Positions 43,413 through 57,832 of a stretch of DNA of 64,000 nucleotides are shown here, piece by piece. Every line of letters begins with the position of its first letter. The stretch's first letter is position 1. A program made the translations under genes and the position numbers. Origin of the DNA: the human T2T-CHM13v2.0 reference genome, Homo sapiens; assembly GCF_009914755.1 (NCBI RefSeq), contig NC_060925.1; one strand, 5' to 3'. Under the pieces are notes generated by a model. The model worked only from the letters and a program-made list of their open reading frames with translations, ran no database searches and had not been told where the DNA came from.

Positions 43413-45259
43413 TCTTTTTTCTCCTAGGGATTCTATAGCTTCCTTCATTCTTCGCCTCTCTCATATTACAGAAAGAAGGTAATTTTTCCTGGCCATTTAC
43501 TAAAGCTCATTAAAGACTGGAGAGAACAAACAATGCTACTCCTCAGAGACTACCATTCAAAGTCACTCTACAATTCTCTGTTCTAATACTTGAGACAAAT
43601 TAATTATTCCTTAGTGAAAAATGTATAATTCCTATTCTTCATTTTTGGGGGGTGGGGAATAATAATGGGAAGTTTATATCTGAGTGAAAAGCTGTCTGTG
43701 CTGAAGGGAAATGAGAAAAAATGTGTGTTCTGAGCAGAGTAAAAGCAATTATTCTAATAATAATTCTAAGAATATTAATGTCTTTTTAAAGTAGATTGCC
43801 TTCAAATAAACACAGAGGTTGAAGCAATGGGAGGCTGGTTTATTTATTAATCATTCCGAATGTGCATTCTTCTAAATGAACAACTGCACGATCAACTTTG
43901 CTGGCACATATTAAATTTAGTTAAACAGCAACTTGCAAATGTCTCAAAACTTTTGTAACCAGAGACTAATTTGTTTAACACATTTAAAATGTTATACTGA
44001 TGTAAAGTCCCACATATTAAACTTCAAAGGGAAAAGCTCTTGAGAGTTCCTCATTTTTAAGACTACATGCTAGAAATGAGATGGAGACAAGGCTCATTCT
44101 CCATTCTCTTGTTTTGTTTTGTTTTTAAATACAAGGCAGTCTCTGGGCCCTGGCCCTCATCCTCGGCACTGTGTTTGGTCATCTGCAGAACAGCAAGCAT
44201 CTAACTGTGGGGACTGTAAGGCGATGGTTTAGAAAGGTCTAGTGTTTCCCTTTCATCTCTATTAATTAATCCTGGCTCCGTTTGCCCAGAGTACGTTGCT
44301 GTTGACATCACCTTTTCCTTACACTTTAAAGAGTCCCAAGAGAGACCGGCTGCAGAACAAAACTGGACAAAGAGTACATTTGGTAACCATTTTATTTCTC
44401 AATTACCAACCTAAACGTATGGAAAAGATTTGCTCGCTATCCGATTTACACAACAATTATGCTTCAAAAGTTTAGAAATAAATAACTTTTTTCTTGGACT
44501 CATTAGTTCGTCTACCAATTGTAATTGGTGTCAACTAACGAGTTTGCTCCATGGCTTGCCCTTAATTACTGATAAAAGCTAAATTGCAACTCTAGCCAAT
44601 CAGAAACTAGTTTATTCATGAGAGTATAGTATTCTTTTAAAAGCCCTGTTTGTCCTAATAAGTGGTTTTGTGTTTGGCTGAAACCTTCCATAAGCCCCCT
44701 TAACATAAGCAAAGGACTCTTAATAACTATATACCGTGAAGGAATATCATTACTGCCCCCATTCAAACAGATGAAACAAAGGGAACGTTTTATACATTTC
44801 AAATGTACACATCATGAGTTTAGCAGATCCTGAAACCTCATCCATCTGGTGGGAAACAGATATTAGTACCCATAAGACTGATACGGAGAATTTGTTTCCT
44901 CTCCCAATGTCTATGTTTTTTTCAAGGTCTCCCTAGCCTTCTGAAACAGGCGGTAAGGAACAAGAGAAACCCAACAGAGGCATGAGGCATGAGGCATGTT
45001 AAATCCTAATGGTATAAACAAGATTTGGCCGAGGCCAAAATCCCACATTAAAAATAATAGGCATTCTGGAAACAAGAGTGTTAGGAGATAGCATGTGGTG
45101 GAATCAGGACGCCAGGGAGGCCTTGCTACTGGGAAAGCCTACTTGCAGAAACATCATCCTGAAGGCAGCCCTCTTTGTTGTCATTGTTGTTGTTTTCAGA
45201 AAACAAAATAAACCTCTTCAGGATTATCAGAAATTCTGAAGATTGGTTCTTACTTTATA

Positions 45260-46130
<871 letters not shown>

Positions 46131-47829
46131 ACACTTGAGATTACTATTCTAAGTAACCTATCTCAATGACCTCCAGTCAAAAGTGAAGGGTCAATTTAAA
46201 GTATGAAGTCAGAAGACAAAGTTGAGCATAGGGTTCGATCTTTTGTGGCTCTCATACCTGTTCTCTTGATAAATCACCCGTCAATAAAGGGAATCGTGTC
46301 CTGGGATTGGAAGGGGGTGTAGCCAGCAATTGATGAGGTGGGAAGAGTGCAACCTGGGGCCCAGGGTAGGCTCTGCCTCTAGCTTGCTAGGTGATTGCTA
46401 CTGAATCCTGGACCTCTGCACTTCCCTGACTTCATTGTGAAATGAAGGAGTTGGGTCAGAGAAACCTTAATGTCTCTTCTCACCTTGGAATCTGATAGAT
46501 TTTCCACTTTACTCACTGCCATCTGGTAGTCTCCTTTGTCTCTTTGCAGCTGATAAAAACAGCATGCCAAAATTCTCTACTTGCCTTTAGTTGTTTCTTT
46601 ATCCTTTAACTCTTTCTTCTTAGACTAGATTTTAAAAGCCCAGAGGACATGACCCCTCTGTGTGTTTTGCCGTATCTTGTGTTCATTGAGCTATCATTGA
46701 TTGAGGGCCTACTCGGTGCTGTACACTGTGTGAAGGGCTTTGCTCAGACATAGTGGGCCCTCTGTCATTATTTCCTTATTCATTTTGCTCCAGCAGCTTT
46801 TGGTGTCTTCAGATTTTCTTACGAGAGGCAACGTAGCATTCCTAAGGTGCAGGTAATACGTGTGTAGCTTATTATTATTATGAGGATGAGGCCCGGCCCA
46901 GTCTCACAGGATCACATTTGCTGTGAATAAGGCAGCACTCCCTGCTTCCCAGCGCTACCCCCTCATTTCATAAGCACAATTTCCATATCCGGTAGCAGAG
47001 TTAGAGGAAGTAAGAGAGACTAGTTCCCATAACCTGGTTTAGTCTTTGAGACAAATGACAATGTAATGCTAACTTTAAGGAACTTTATCAAGGCAAGTAA
47101 GGGTGATTTTACCAGAGAATGGAGAAGTAGACAGTAAGAGATCCAAATTTTAAGGTAAACATGGAGGATTCTCTTGGATGCTTTTTAAAAAATAATCTCT
47201 AGCATCATTTTTTAAACACTTGGTCAGTAATAACTTTGTAGTTTTCATGCATGTGACCAAAAAGTAAACATGTTTTTACTCTTCCAAGCTGACAAGCAGG
47301 TGGCTCTAGAATTTTAGAGGGAAAAAAAATCCATGCTGTTGATTCCTTTCTTTTTTTTCACTTGACAGCATCTTTATTTAGTTTTAGAAGTCTTTGGTGT
47401 GTTGACTTTCTTGAAGATGGGAGTGATTATTTTGCAATTAATAGTATACAAATGCCTGACAAGCAGTTCATCACAAGATCAATGGCAACAGCGAAAAGAG
47501 CACCAGATCACTTTACTACATGTGCCCAATGTAGTACCAGCCCTAACTGTGATGAGGCTTGGAATTTTTATGTCACAATAAAAAGCACTGTGGCAGATAC
47601 TGTTTATTGCCTAACCATCAGCCATTTCCCTGCCCCCACTTCTCTGCTAATCAATTCCTGATTTTTTTCAAGGCAGAGATCAGTTGATTCAAGAGAAGGT
47701 GTTTTTCTCCTTGGCTGGCTCAGGGATTTAATCAGGATTGGCTTAGGGCTGAGCATATGATCTTGTTCTAGCCAGTGAGACATAAAGGGGAAGGGAAGTC
47801 CAATGGGTACTTCCCTTCCAAATAAAGCC

Positions 47830-49350
47830 ATCCTCCCAAATCAATGACCTATTTTCAATCATCACCTTAGCCTCTTAGCAGCATTTGCAGATTTGACTAG
47901 TGTTCTTCTTACAACATTTTCTTCATGTATCCTCTGGTTTTCCTCCAATTTTATTACCTCCTCTTTTTCAAGTACTGGACTTCTCTTCCTCCTCTTCATG
48001 ACCTTTAAAGTTGGATCAACCCAGGGCTCAATTATTGGCCCCTTATAGTCTTATTCATGGTTGTGAAACCTTTTATATATTAACAATTTCCAGATCTATT
48101 TCTATAGCATAGACTTATCCCATGAGCTCCAGACCTACATATCTAATTGACTTCTCAACTTCACTACATGGAGGTTAAATGGGGATCTCAATCTTATTAC
48201 GCTTAGGTCCAAAACAGAATCTCGATTTACCCCATAATCCTTTCCCAGGCCTCCCATTCAGAAAAGGACAGCTCTCTTTCATCTGCTTATCCCAGAAAAT
48301 GAAGTCATCCTTGATTTTGTTCTTTCCCTTTAGTTCCCCACAAAGGACACTGGCATGTGCTCTTAACATTACCTTCAAAGTATATTTGGTATCTTACACC
48401 TCCCAGCACTTCCACCATTTGCCCTGGTCCACATCAACTTCATCTCTCACATGGAATACTGCAGTCATCTCTTTATTAGTTTCTCACTTCCACTTTTGCT
48501 TCCTGTGTCAGAATTAATTTCAACTCTCTGCAAAAAATTTAAAAAGTTGTAAGCAAGATATGTTTATTTCTCTCTCATATGTTTGGAAGTAACTATTGCA
48601 GTGCTGGTTTGACAACTTCATAGTATTGCCAGGGACCTGCCTTTCACCAAGGCCTCCATCTTTCATCTGTCTGCTCCATCATCTTAGTACAAGGTTTCAT
48701 CTGTCTGCTCCATCATCTTAGTACGCAACTTCTATCCTCAAGGCCATCTCATGGTGAAGCTTTAGTGATTAGGTCCACATTTCAGGCCCAAAGAAGGAAG
48801 AAACAGAAGAGAAGAAGAGAGCTGAATGAGCTCTCTTTAAACACATTCCTAGAAGTCCTATCCACCCTTCCTCTTACATAGAATTTATTGGCCAAAATGT
48901 AGTCACAAGGTCTATTGAGCTGCAAGGGAAGTTTAGGAAATGCAGCCCTTTATTCCAGGTGCCAATATACACAGTTTAAATTGGGGTTCTATTTCTAAGG
49001 AAAAACGAATCCTGTGGTAAGCTTGTAGTAATTTCTGCCACATATCCCTCTAATCAATTCTTCCCCAAAGGCCAGTTAACTTCTTAAAAATTAAATCAGA
49101 TTATGGCACAACCCCACTTAACACCCTCCAATGGCCTCCCAATATGCTCAGATTAAAATCTAAAGGCTCTGTTTCTCTCTCCAGTATTTTCTGTTACACT
49201 CTGTCCCTCTCACTCCATTCTAGCAGCATGAGCTAACACTAAGCATGCCATACTTATTTCCACCCCAGAGTCTTTGCATTTGCTGTTTTTGTTGCCTGAA
49301 TGCATTTCTGTCAAATCTTGGCACAATTTAGCATCTCACTTCATTCAGGT
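47830..49350 (+). mobile_element. L2 fragment interrupted by an antisense MLT1J-like LTR (~48510-49040)
   Basis: L2: tgagctccagacctacatatctaattg, aaatcagattatg...aacaccctccaatggcctccca; LTR: ttattggccaaaatgtagtcaca...agctgcaagggaagtttaggaaatgcag. Confidence 0.7.
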
Positions 49351-49821
49351 ACAGCCTTGCCCTGTTCCTGATTTCACTCTTTAAAACAATGACTGTAGAG
49401 CTATTATCAGAATGCTGTGGAGCCTAGAAAAATCTTACTTTTGGAGTATCTGCCCAAATCATATCAAACACATCCCACAGTAATATAATTTGAGCGTGCC
49501 TATATAAGAAGCGAAATATATTGCAATTGTCCAGTAAATTCACTACCATTTGTAGACATTTAGTTGGATATTTATTAACTTCCATTTTAGAGTTTTGCTT
49601 TTGTATTCTTGAGCTTATATAAGCACACAGCATTGTGCCATGGGCATACTGGGTGCAACTTCCCTTGATGACTATAAATTTAACCCCAACCAACACACTG
49701 AAATTGTTCTGACTATAGAAAGTTCCTTAGTTTTAGATCTTAATGAAAGATTATTAATAAGTGTGTCATAGCTTATGTTACTTCTACTATGACAGTCCAA
49801 TGATGGAACAATGGTTTAGAG

Positions 49822-50350
<529 letters not shown>

Positions 50351-50879
50351 GTTTAGAAGCTAAAGTTGCACAGACTAATTTATTAGCATGTAGGAGTGGA
50401 CCGTGGAAGGTTTCTTCAATCTATTAAGCTTTGCTGAATTCCAAGTTTTGCACCTCAGCTTTGATGCTATTCTTGGGCAATCACTTAACATTTATGATTT
50501 GAGTTTCTTCAGTGTTAAAATGGAGGCAATGGCAATGATGCCTATTGTATTAGGTAGTTATTATGATTAAATGAATTGCACTATGGAAAGAACCTAGTTT
50601 AGTGTCTGTATTCCTTGGGAGGTCCAATATTTGTTATTTCTCCCTTCTGAGTTAAAATAGAAATATCTGAGTGAAAAACAATATTGTGGCTATTTCTGAC
50701 ATAAACTCAGAATGTGAGGAGAGGAATTTTGTGAGGTGAGAGATGGGGGGAGGTGCCTGCCCAGCTTCTCAGAAACAGAAGGGAAGGTATAGCTGCCATG
50801 AAACATGGAAACACCAAAGATTGTCAAAGGCGCATGAACTCAAATGTAAATTGTGAAATAGAAACCATGGTTCTATCTG

Positions 50880-51590
50880 CCCCAGATATTCAAAATATAT
50901 CCAAAATCTGATCACTTCTTACTTTCGCTTCTGCTATCACTGTGGTTCCAGCCACCATCACCTCTTGCTTGATTTCTGCAAGAACCTCGTCATGGTGATC
51001 TTTCTGCTTCTTCCTGACTGCTTTGTTGTTTGTTCTCACCCAGCAGCCAGGATGAAGTGTTTAACGTGTAGATCAGATCATATCTCTTTTCTGCTCAGAA
51101 TCCTCCAGTAACATCCAGGTAAAAGCCCAAGTCCCACATCTGTCCCAATCTAAACTCTGATCTCATCTACTACACCCCAGGCAACCTGGTCTCCTACCTG
51201 CTTCTAAAACACACCAAACACATCTTCCTTAGGGCATTTGCAACATTGGTGCTCCTACCTGGAATTCTCTTTCCCTTAGGAGCACGGCTCCTTTACTTCC
51301 TTATGTCTTTGGGCAAATATTATCTTGTCATTGAAGCCTCCCCTGGCTCACCTACACAAAATTGTGCTCGACCACCAAGAGCCTTTCCACTTGGCCCCAC
51401 CACTCCCTATCATTTTTACCCCGCTTCCTTTTCTTCCTAGCATGTTCCACCTTCTAACATGCAACAATTTATAAATGCCATAAGGGCAGGGGCTTTGCTT
51501 TCTTTGCTGCTGTATCTCTACCACCTTGAACATTGGTTGGCACATAATGGGTGCTCAATAAATGTTTTTTGAATGTATGAATGAACTGAG
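50880..51590 (+). mobile_element. L2 3' fragment
   Basis: ttcaaaatatatccaaaatctgatcacttct...ggcacataatgggtgctcaataaatgtttttgaatgtatgaatgaa. Confidence 0.8.
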
Positions 51591-52759
51591 GATAGCACAA
51601 TTTTAATTGAGGTAAAAATAACGAAGAAAACCAGGAGTCCATTTGTGTATGGCAACTGACACAAATCCTACACAAATGCCCTGAACCTACCAGACTGGTT
51701 TTCCCACTGCCCTCCTCAACATGCATATAACAACTGTGAAATGTGTAACATCTTCCCCACCTTCTTTCCTCCTGCAAATAGTCATGGACACTTATAATCC
51801 TAAGAGATAGGAAATATGGTGCTTATGATATGGTGACAAGTAAGAAATTGATGAGTGTTAAACACAAAAGAGGTAGATCTCAGTCTTATTCTGGCTGGTC
51901 TACATAGGTCTAAACCACCCAAGTGTGGGGCGTGTAGGAAGCCAGTTGGATTCTTGGGTCTAGAATTTGCTCAGATGGCCCTATGTGCTGCAGGTATCTG
52001 TTTCTCATACTTATTATGAGGTCTCTTGTGGCCTAAAACTCCTATTTTTTTGATGACCTGCTTTGGATGTGATTGCCTGATGGGCTCTCTGCTCCTCCTC
52101 ATACCTGATTCTAGCATTCACCCTCTGACCACATACAATTTGGCTGACATTCATCACTTAAAAAAAAAAAAGTCCACTATCTATTTTCCTGTGGGGAATT
52201 ATCTCTTTCACTCTATAGATTCTGGGAGGGAGGGGACTTCCAGGGTTTGCTCCAACTGCAGACGCCCTAAGAGGGCTGCTCCTCTTCTTAAGAGTCAGGT
52301 ACATGACAGAGTGCCCAATAGGAGGCTCTTTTTAGGGATTTTGCAACTTGACTAGGTGGCCCAGGGAAGAATAGGAACAGTTAAAGGTCATTTGTCTAGG
52401 CAACACCATACTAACCACCCTATTTCTGCTAGGAGACCACTGTTGATATTCCTACTTCGTAACTTTTTAGAGCACTTCTGGTTCTTGCTTTTTCTCAGAC
52501 TGGTCCTCAGGCCTCGTGTTGATTCTAAGAACCCCTGATATCTTTTAATACATTCCCTCATGTATGAGTTAGTTATTGGTATTTCGTGCTTATAACCCAG
52601 ATCCTAACTGGTCCACACCCTGATTATAGTGAGGACACTCCAGCTTTTTGTCCTAGGCTCTGCTAGAGAGGGAGATTGGACAATAGGGAGCAAATGGAAG
52701 AATTCATAGTAGAGAGAAATAGGTGGCAACAAAATATCTCATTTGGCTTTTTCTCACAG

Positions 52760-53320
52760 CATTTGTTAGCTTTCTACTGCTGCATAATAAATGATCATAA
52801 ATGCAGTGGCTTAAAACAACACCCATTTGTTATCTCAGAGCCTCTGTAGGCTGGTGTTCATGTATGGTGCAGATGGGTTCTCTGTTCAGGGTCTCACCAG
52901 GCTGAAATCAAGGTGTCACCTGGGACTGCCATCTCATCTGAGGCTTATGTTCTCATTCCAAGATCCCTGGTTGTTGGCAGGATGCATGTCCTTATGGCAG
53001 TAGGACTGAGGTCTCCAATTCCTTGCCAGCTTTTGGCCAGGGACCGCTCTCAGCTCCTGGAGGCTGCATGCAGGTCCTTGCTTCCTGTGTGGCCTCTCCA
53101 TAGAGCCTCTCACATATGGCAGTCTGCCCCTTGCAGAACAACAGGAGAGCATCTTCTGCAGCTCTGAATCTCTTTCATGTCTTCTATCTTTAGACCTCTC
53201 TCACAAGGGCTCGCCTAATTAACGCAGGCCCACCTGCACTCAAGGACGAGGTGTTATGAAGGGCACACACACCCGAGGAGGGGAATCTTGGGGGTATATC
53301 TTAGAATTTTGACTACCACA
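52760..53320 (-). mobile_element. MLT1F-like MaLR LTR
   Basis: gtggcttaaaacaacacccattt...ggctgaaatcaaggtgtc...cttagaattttgactaccaca. Confidence 0.8.
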
Positions 53321-56300
53321 GCATTCCTGGGAGAATGCCATTTGGAGAAGTCTATTACTTAGCCCCAGATTATCATTATGTATTCAAAGAAGGTAAATCC
53401 AGGATAGTTGGCTACAGTGGCTAACATCCATGGATGGAGCTTTTGTCGTGTAGGCAATTCCTGGGGCTTCCTGGACAGAAATGTATTTGGGTGCCAATGT
53501 GGGGGTTTATTGGTGTTTCTAGAACAATTGATGACACTGTTAAGTAGGCTCTTGCCTTTTGTTTGTTTGGTCAAGGACAAATTTATTTGTGCGTTTTTGG
53601 TATTTGTTTCTTTAAATTACACAACCTTTAGAAGCTGTCTTCTGATTGGAAGAATCACACAACAGTCTCCTCCAGACACAAAGTATTGCTCTCCATTAAT
53701 GGGGATACAGCCAGGGTCATTGCCATCCCACAACCATCAGGGAAAGGGGTCATTCTGCATCAGCCATTTGGTAAAATTAAAACATAGTAATTATAACACA
53801 ACAGTGTCATAGGATCCATGACACCTGCTTTAAAAATAAATATTCTGGCTTTGTCTTTCCCTTTATTTTCAATAAATGCTCCAGTATTATTGCCACTGCA
53901 TTAATCTAGCAGCAGGAAACCATTATCCTATGACAACAGTCTCTCCCATTAACATTATCTTTTAATTTTAAGATTGTTTAGATGACTGCTAGAAGCTACT
54001 AAATTAAGATAAAATGAAAAAAGAATTATTTTCTTTAAGCCAAGTGTTCAGTCAAGTTACCCGCCTCCAATCTTGACTGCTCTGGCAAAAGAGACACCAT
54101 TATTTTTGCATCAGATTATTAAATATTATTGGGTATAAGATAAAATTTCTAGAAATCAAGGCATGTTTTAAATGTCATCTAGGAAATAACCATTAAATTT
54201 TAAATTATTATTTATATTGTTTGCGATATTACATAGTACATATTAAGAGTTGAAAATACTGGTTGTTTTTCTAGAAAGCAATTGTTGTAGTAAATAAAAC
54301 AATAATGAAATCACAATGATGAAAACTCAGTAAGGAAATAAAAGGAACATTTGTCTAGTAGAGTTTACCCTGAGAAATAATTGAATTTGGAGAAACCCAG
54401 CAAAAATGAGACAGGAGGAAAATAAACCTAAAACTGAAAGAGAGTTGTGATTGGTGATGATTGTTATTTAACGTTCTGGCAAATGAACTTTAAAGTGATA
54501 GTCATAACACATTAAATGGTATCTGTACATTTTATATCAAATATATTATAAACTTTTTCCCAAATAATAATGAACTTGCCTACTATCCATTAATTCAAAA
54601 AAATTCTCTTTTATTCTATCAGCTGTATTACAACACTTGAAGAGACCTTTTAAAATCTTTCAGTATTTGTTCTGCTCCACCTCTATCTGTTCCAATGATC
54701 TTAGGGCTTTCTTTCCAAAAGGCAGACGCTGGTATAACTACAAATGAAAACTATATCTAAATCATTAGTAGAATAGTGATGTTATGCATTCAATAGTTGA
54801 GATCTGTGATTCCTCCCTCTCAGGAGTAAACCACACAGATGAAAATTAATAGAAACTGAGTGACCGTCTTAATAGAAATCACACTAGAAAAAAGAGAAAT
54901 GCTTAAGTTGTGAATTCCCCCATATTGTTAATGGAGTTCAAGTAGGCCATCAATATGTGTCCTATTTACTGATAGGTGCAAAATAGGTGGTGGGAGATCA
55001 ATCAAAACCCCCTTCCATAAATTACCATGACTTCTAGAAATTATCAAAACTTCACTGGAGTGTCATGCGTAGTCTTCCCAGCAATGAGTTATAGTCAATA
55101 ATTCATTCCCTGACGGAGCTGATAACAGGCAGATATTCTAATAATGTGCTAGGATTTACTACTGGACACAAGCAGTAAGTAGGAATTTCAATGCAGTGTT
55201 AAATGTTATCTCAGTGGAGAAAAGCAATAAAAAGAGGACAGAGAGAGGCATCTGGGGACAATGCTTGGGTGTTTTAATGCTGTAATTAGAGCAAACATGT
55301 ATGAAGGTAGTGTTGTTTAAGTTTTCATTCTTTTTTGAGGCAAATTGTTTCCAGAGTATTGTTCTGTAATGACTTCTCCTGGCCTTATTGTCAGAGAGTA
55401 TAGCAGATGGCATTGAAAAAAAATGCTGAAAAGAAAGTCTATTTTATTCTTCAGTTATTTCTCCAAATTTGAAAATGGCTTCCCTTGAATGTTTTCCTTT
55501 TAAATGAAACTTTCAAAAAAATTATTATCTTAGACTAAAGGTCTTAAATATATTTTCAGTGATTTCTTATCACACAGAGAAATTGACAAATTTGCTTTCT
55601 CTGTCAGAATGTTTTGAAGCTAGAAAAGAAGTGGTGATTCATCAAAAACAATTTTATTATGAAATTTGATTTATGTTGAGAAATATAAATGATGATGTTA
55701 TAATGTGTACCTCTGTGTGGTGGGAACACATTTTAGTCAATTGAGTTATTCAATTTTATTATTTAAAAAAATCCATATCTGGTTGTTCTTTTTATTCTAA
55801 AAAATTTATGGTGCTGTATAGAGAAGAAATGCGTGCTTTCCAAGTCCAAGGACAGCTATGGATTGTACTTCCATAATTCCAACAGAGTCATTCATTACAA
55901 TTGGATGAATAAATATTATCATATTTTCATCAACTTTTTTAGTGAACAAATAGAAACCAATGTTATACTTTAAAATACATCTTATTACAAATCCACACAG
56001 AGAAAAAGCTTAATTATATCAACACTAGAATTAAAACTGACACTAACAAAAGAAATTATGGTTTTGGGCCCTTAAAATTTCTGAATTAGTAGCCTTTCTT
56101 TTACCAAGAAGAGTTAGTGGGAACATAAGGGAGAACGAATTACATCTTAATGCCTTAGTTTCTCTATCAGTAAGTGCTCATTTCCATCGTCTTGGAGAGA
56201 AACAGTAATTAATTTTAAACAGAATTGCTATTTTCTGCTGGATTTATAACTTCAACATATATTCTTAGTAATAACCACCTCACATATATACAAGTGGCCC

Positions 56301-56596
56301 AGTCATCTATATACCCTCTTTTGTAACTATTATGAAATTAAATCTATCCATGCAAAGACTTGACTTTAATAAGCAGTAGCTATTGACCCACTAGACCATT
56401 TAAAAGACCTTAATGAACATATAATACACTCACACATATAGTCTGATAATTTATTTGCAATGATAGATGCAGAATATCACTGTGATTGAATATTGTTGAC
56501 AGAATTCAGGCTTAGAAATAGGTAGTATGAGTAAGCCAAACAATTTTTTCTATGGTATCATTGCCATGAAACAGATTCACATATCAAGATTTGCTG

Positions 56597-56886
56597 GGCT
56601 GAGCACAATGGCTCACATCTGTCATCCCAGCACTTTGAGAGGCTGAGGTGGGAGGATCCCCAGAGGCCAGGAGTTCAAGACTAGCCTGGGCAACCAGTGA
56701 GACCCCTGTCTCTACCAAAAAAAATTAGCTGGGCGTGGTGGTATGCACCTGCAGTCCCAGCTACTGGGGTAGGGGTGAGGGGGCTAAGGAGGTGGGAGGA
56801 TGGCTTGAGCTCAAAGTTTGAGGCTGCAGTGAGCCTTTAGCCTGTGACCCATCCAAGACCTTGTCTCAAAAAAAAAAGAAAAAAAA
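56597..56886 (+). mobile_element. AluJ SINE
   Basis: J diagnostics; TSD AAGATTTGCTG (56586-56596, 56887-56897). Confidence 0.9.
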
Positions 56887-57547
56887 AAGATTTGCTGATA
56901 GTTCTGAGGCAAATTTGGGGGATTTGTACTGTTCTGTTGCTATGCTAATAAACTTTTACGAAGACAATGAGTAATTTCACGACACTATTTTAAAGTAGCC
57001 TTGCTACATCAGGCAAAATGCTGGGTCACAGAGGTGTTTTCTTCTTTCCTATTATCTTTTTCACCTTTCTATCAACTCTAGGAGTTTCAAATACCTTAAT
57101 CAAATAGAATAATTAAAATCAAAATCTACATCTTAAATTATATTTCCAGTCACAACAATGTCAATGCTGTTTCCTTTTCCTCAGTGATCTGTTATTTTCT
57201 TGCCATAAAATCAACTTCTTCACTATGCTTGTTTATTACCTTAAAAAGAGTAGTTAGGGTAGAACTTCCTAAATATTGATTAACATAATTTGGTGGGATA
57301 CTTACCCAACGTAGTCATCTGGATTGCTTTAACAAAAAACAAACAATAATATTCTAATAAGGCAATTATTAGAAACATTTATCACATGAAACATTTAGTG
57401 AGATATTTATAAAGAATTTTGAGAAAGACTAAAAAGGCAGTCAGTAAATTCAAAGTATTATTAAATATTATCAATATTTTAAAGCCAAGATATGGTTCCG
57501 TGAAATATAGGCTTTTCGAGATGTTGAGTTCTAGGTAAACTCTTATT

Positions 57548-57832
57548 ATTATTATTATTTTGCGACAGGGCCTCACTCCCATTTCCCAGGTTAGAGTGCT
57601 GTGGCACAATCATGGCTCACTGCAGCCTCAACTTCCAGGGCTCAGGTGATCCTCCCACCTCAGCATCCCCAGCAGCTGGGACTACAGGCACATGTCACCA
57701 CACCCAGCTAAAGTTTTGTATTTTTAGTAGAGATGGAGTTTTGCCATGGTGCCCAGGATGGTCTTGAACTCAAGGGATTCACCTGCCTCGGCCTCCCAAA
57801 GTGCAGGGATTATAGGCGTGGGCCACTGGGCC
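57548..57832 (-). mobile_element. AluJ SINE
   Basis: Antisense Alu with (TTA)n tail; TSD GTAAACTC(T/C)TATT. Confidence 0.9.

Noticed and set aside
44977-44998. (GAGGCAT)3 tandem resembling p53 half-sites
   Set aside because: The 7-bp period and mismatches do not give two RRRCWWGYYY decamers
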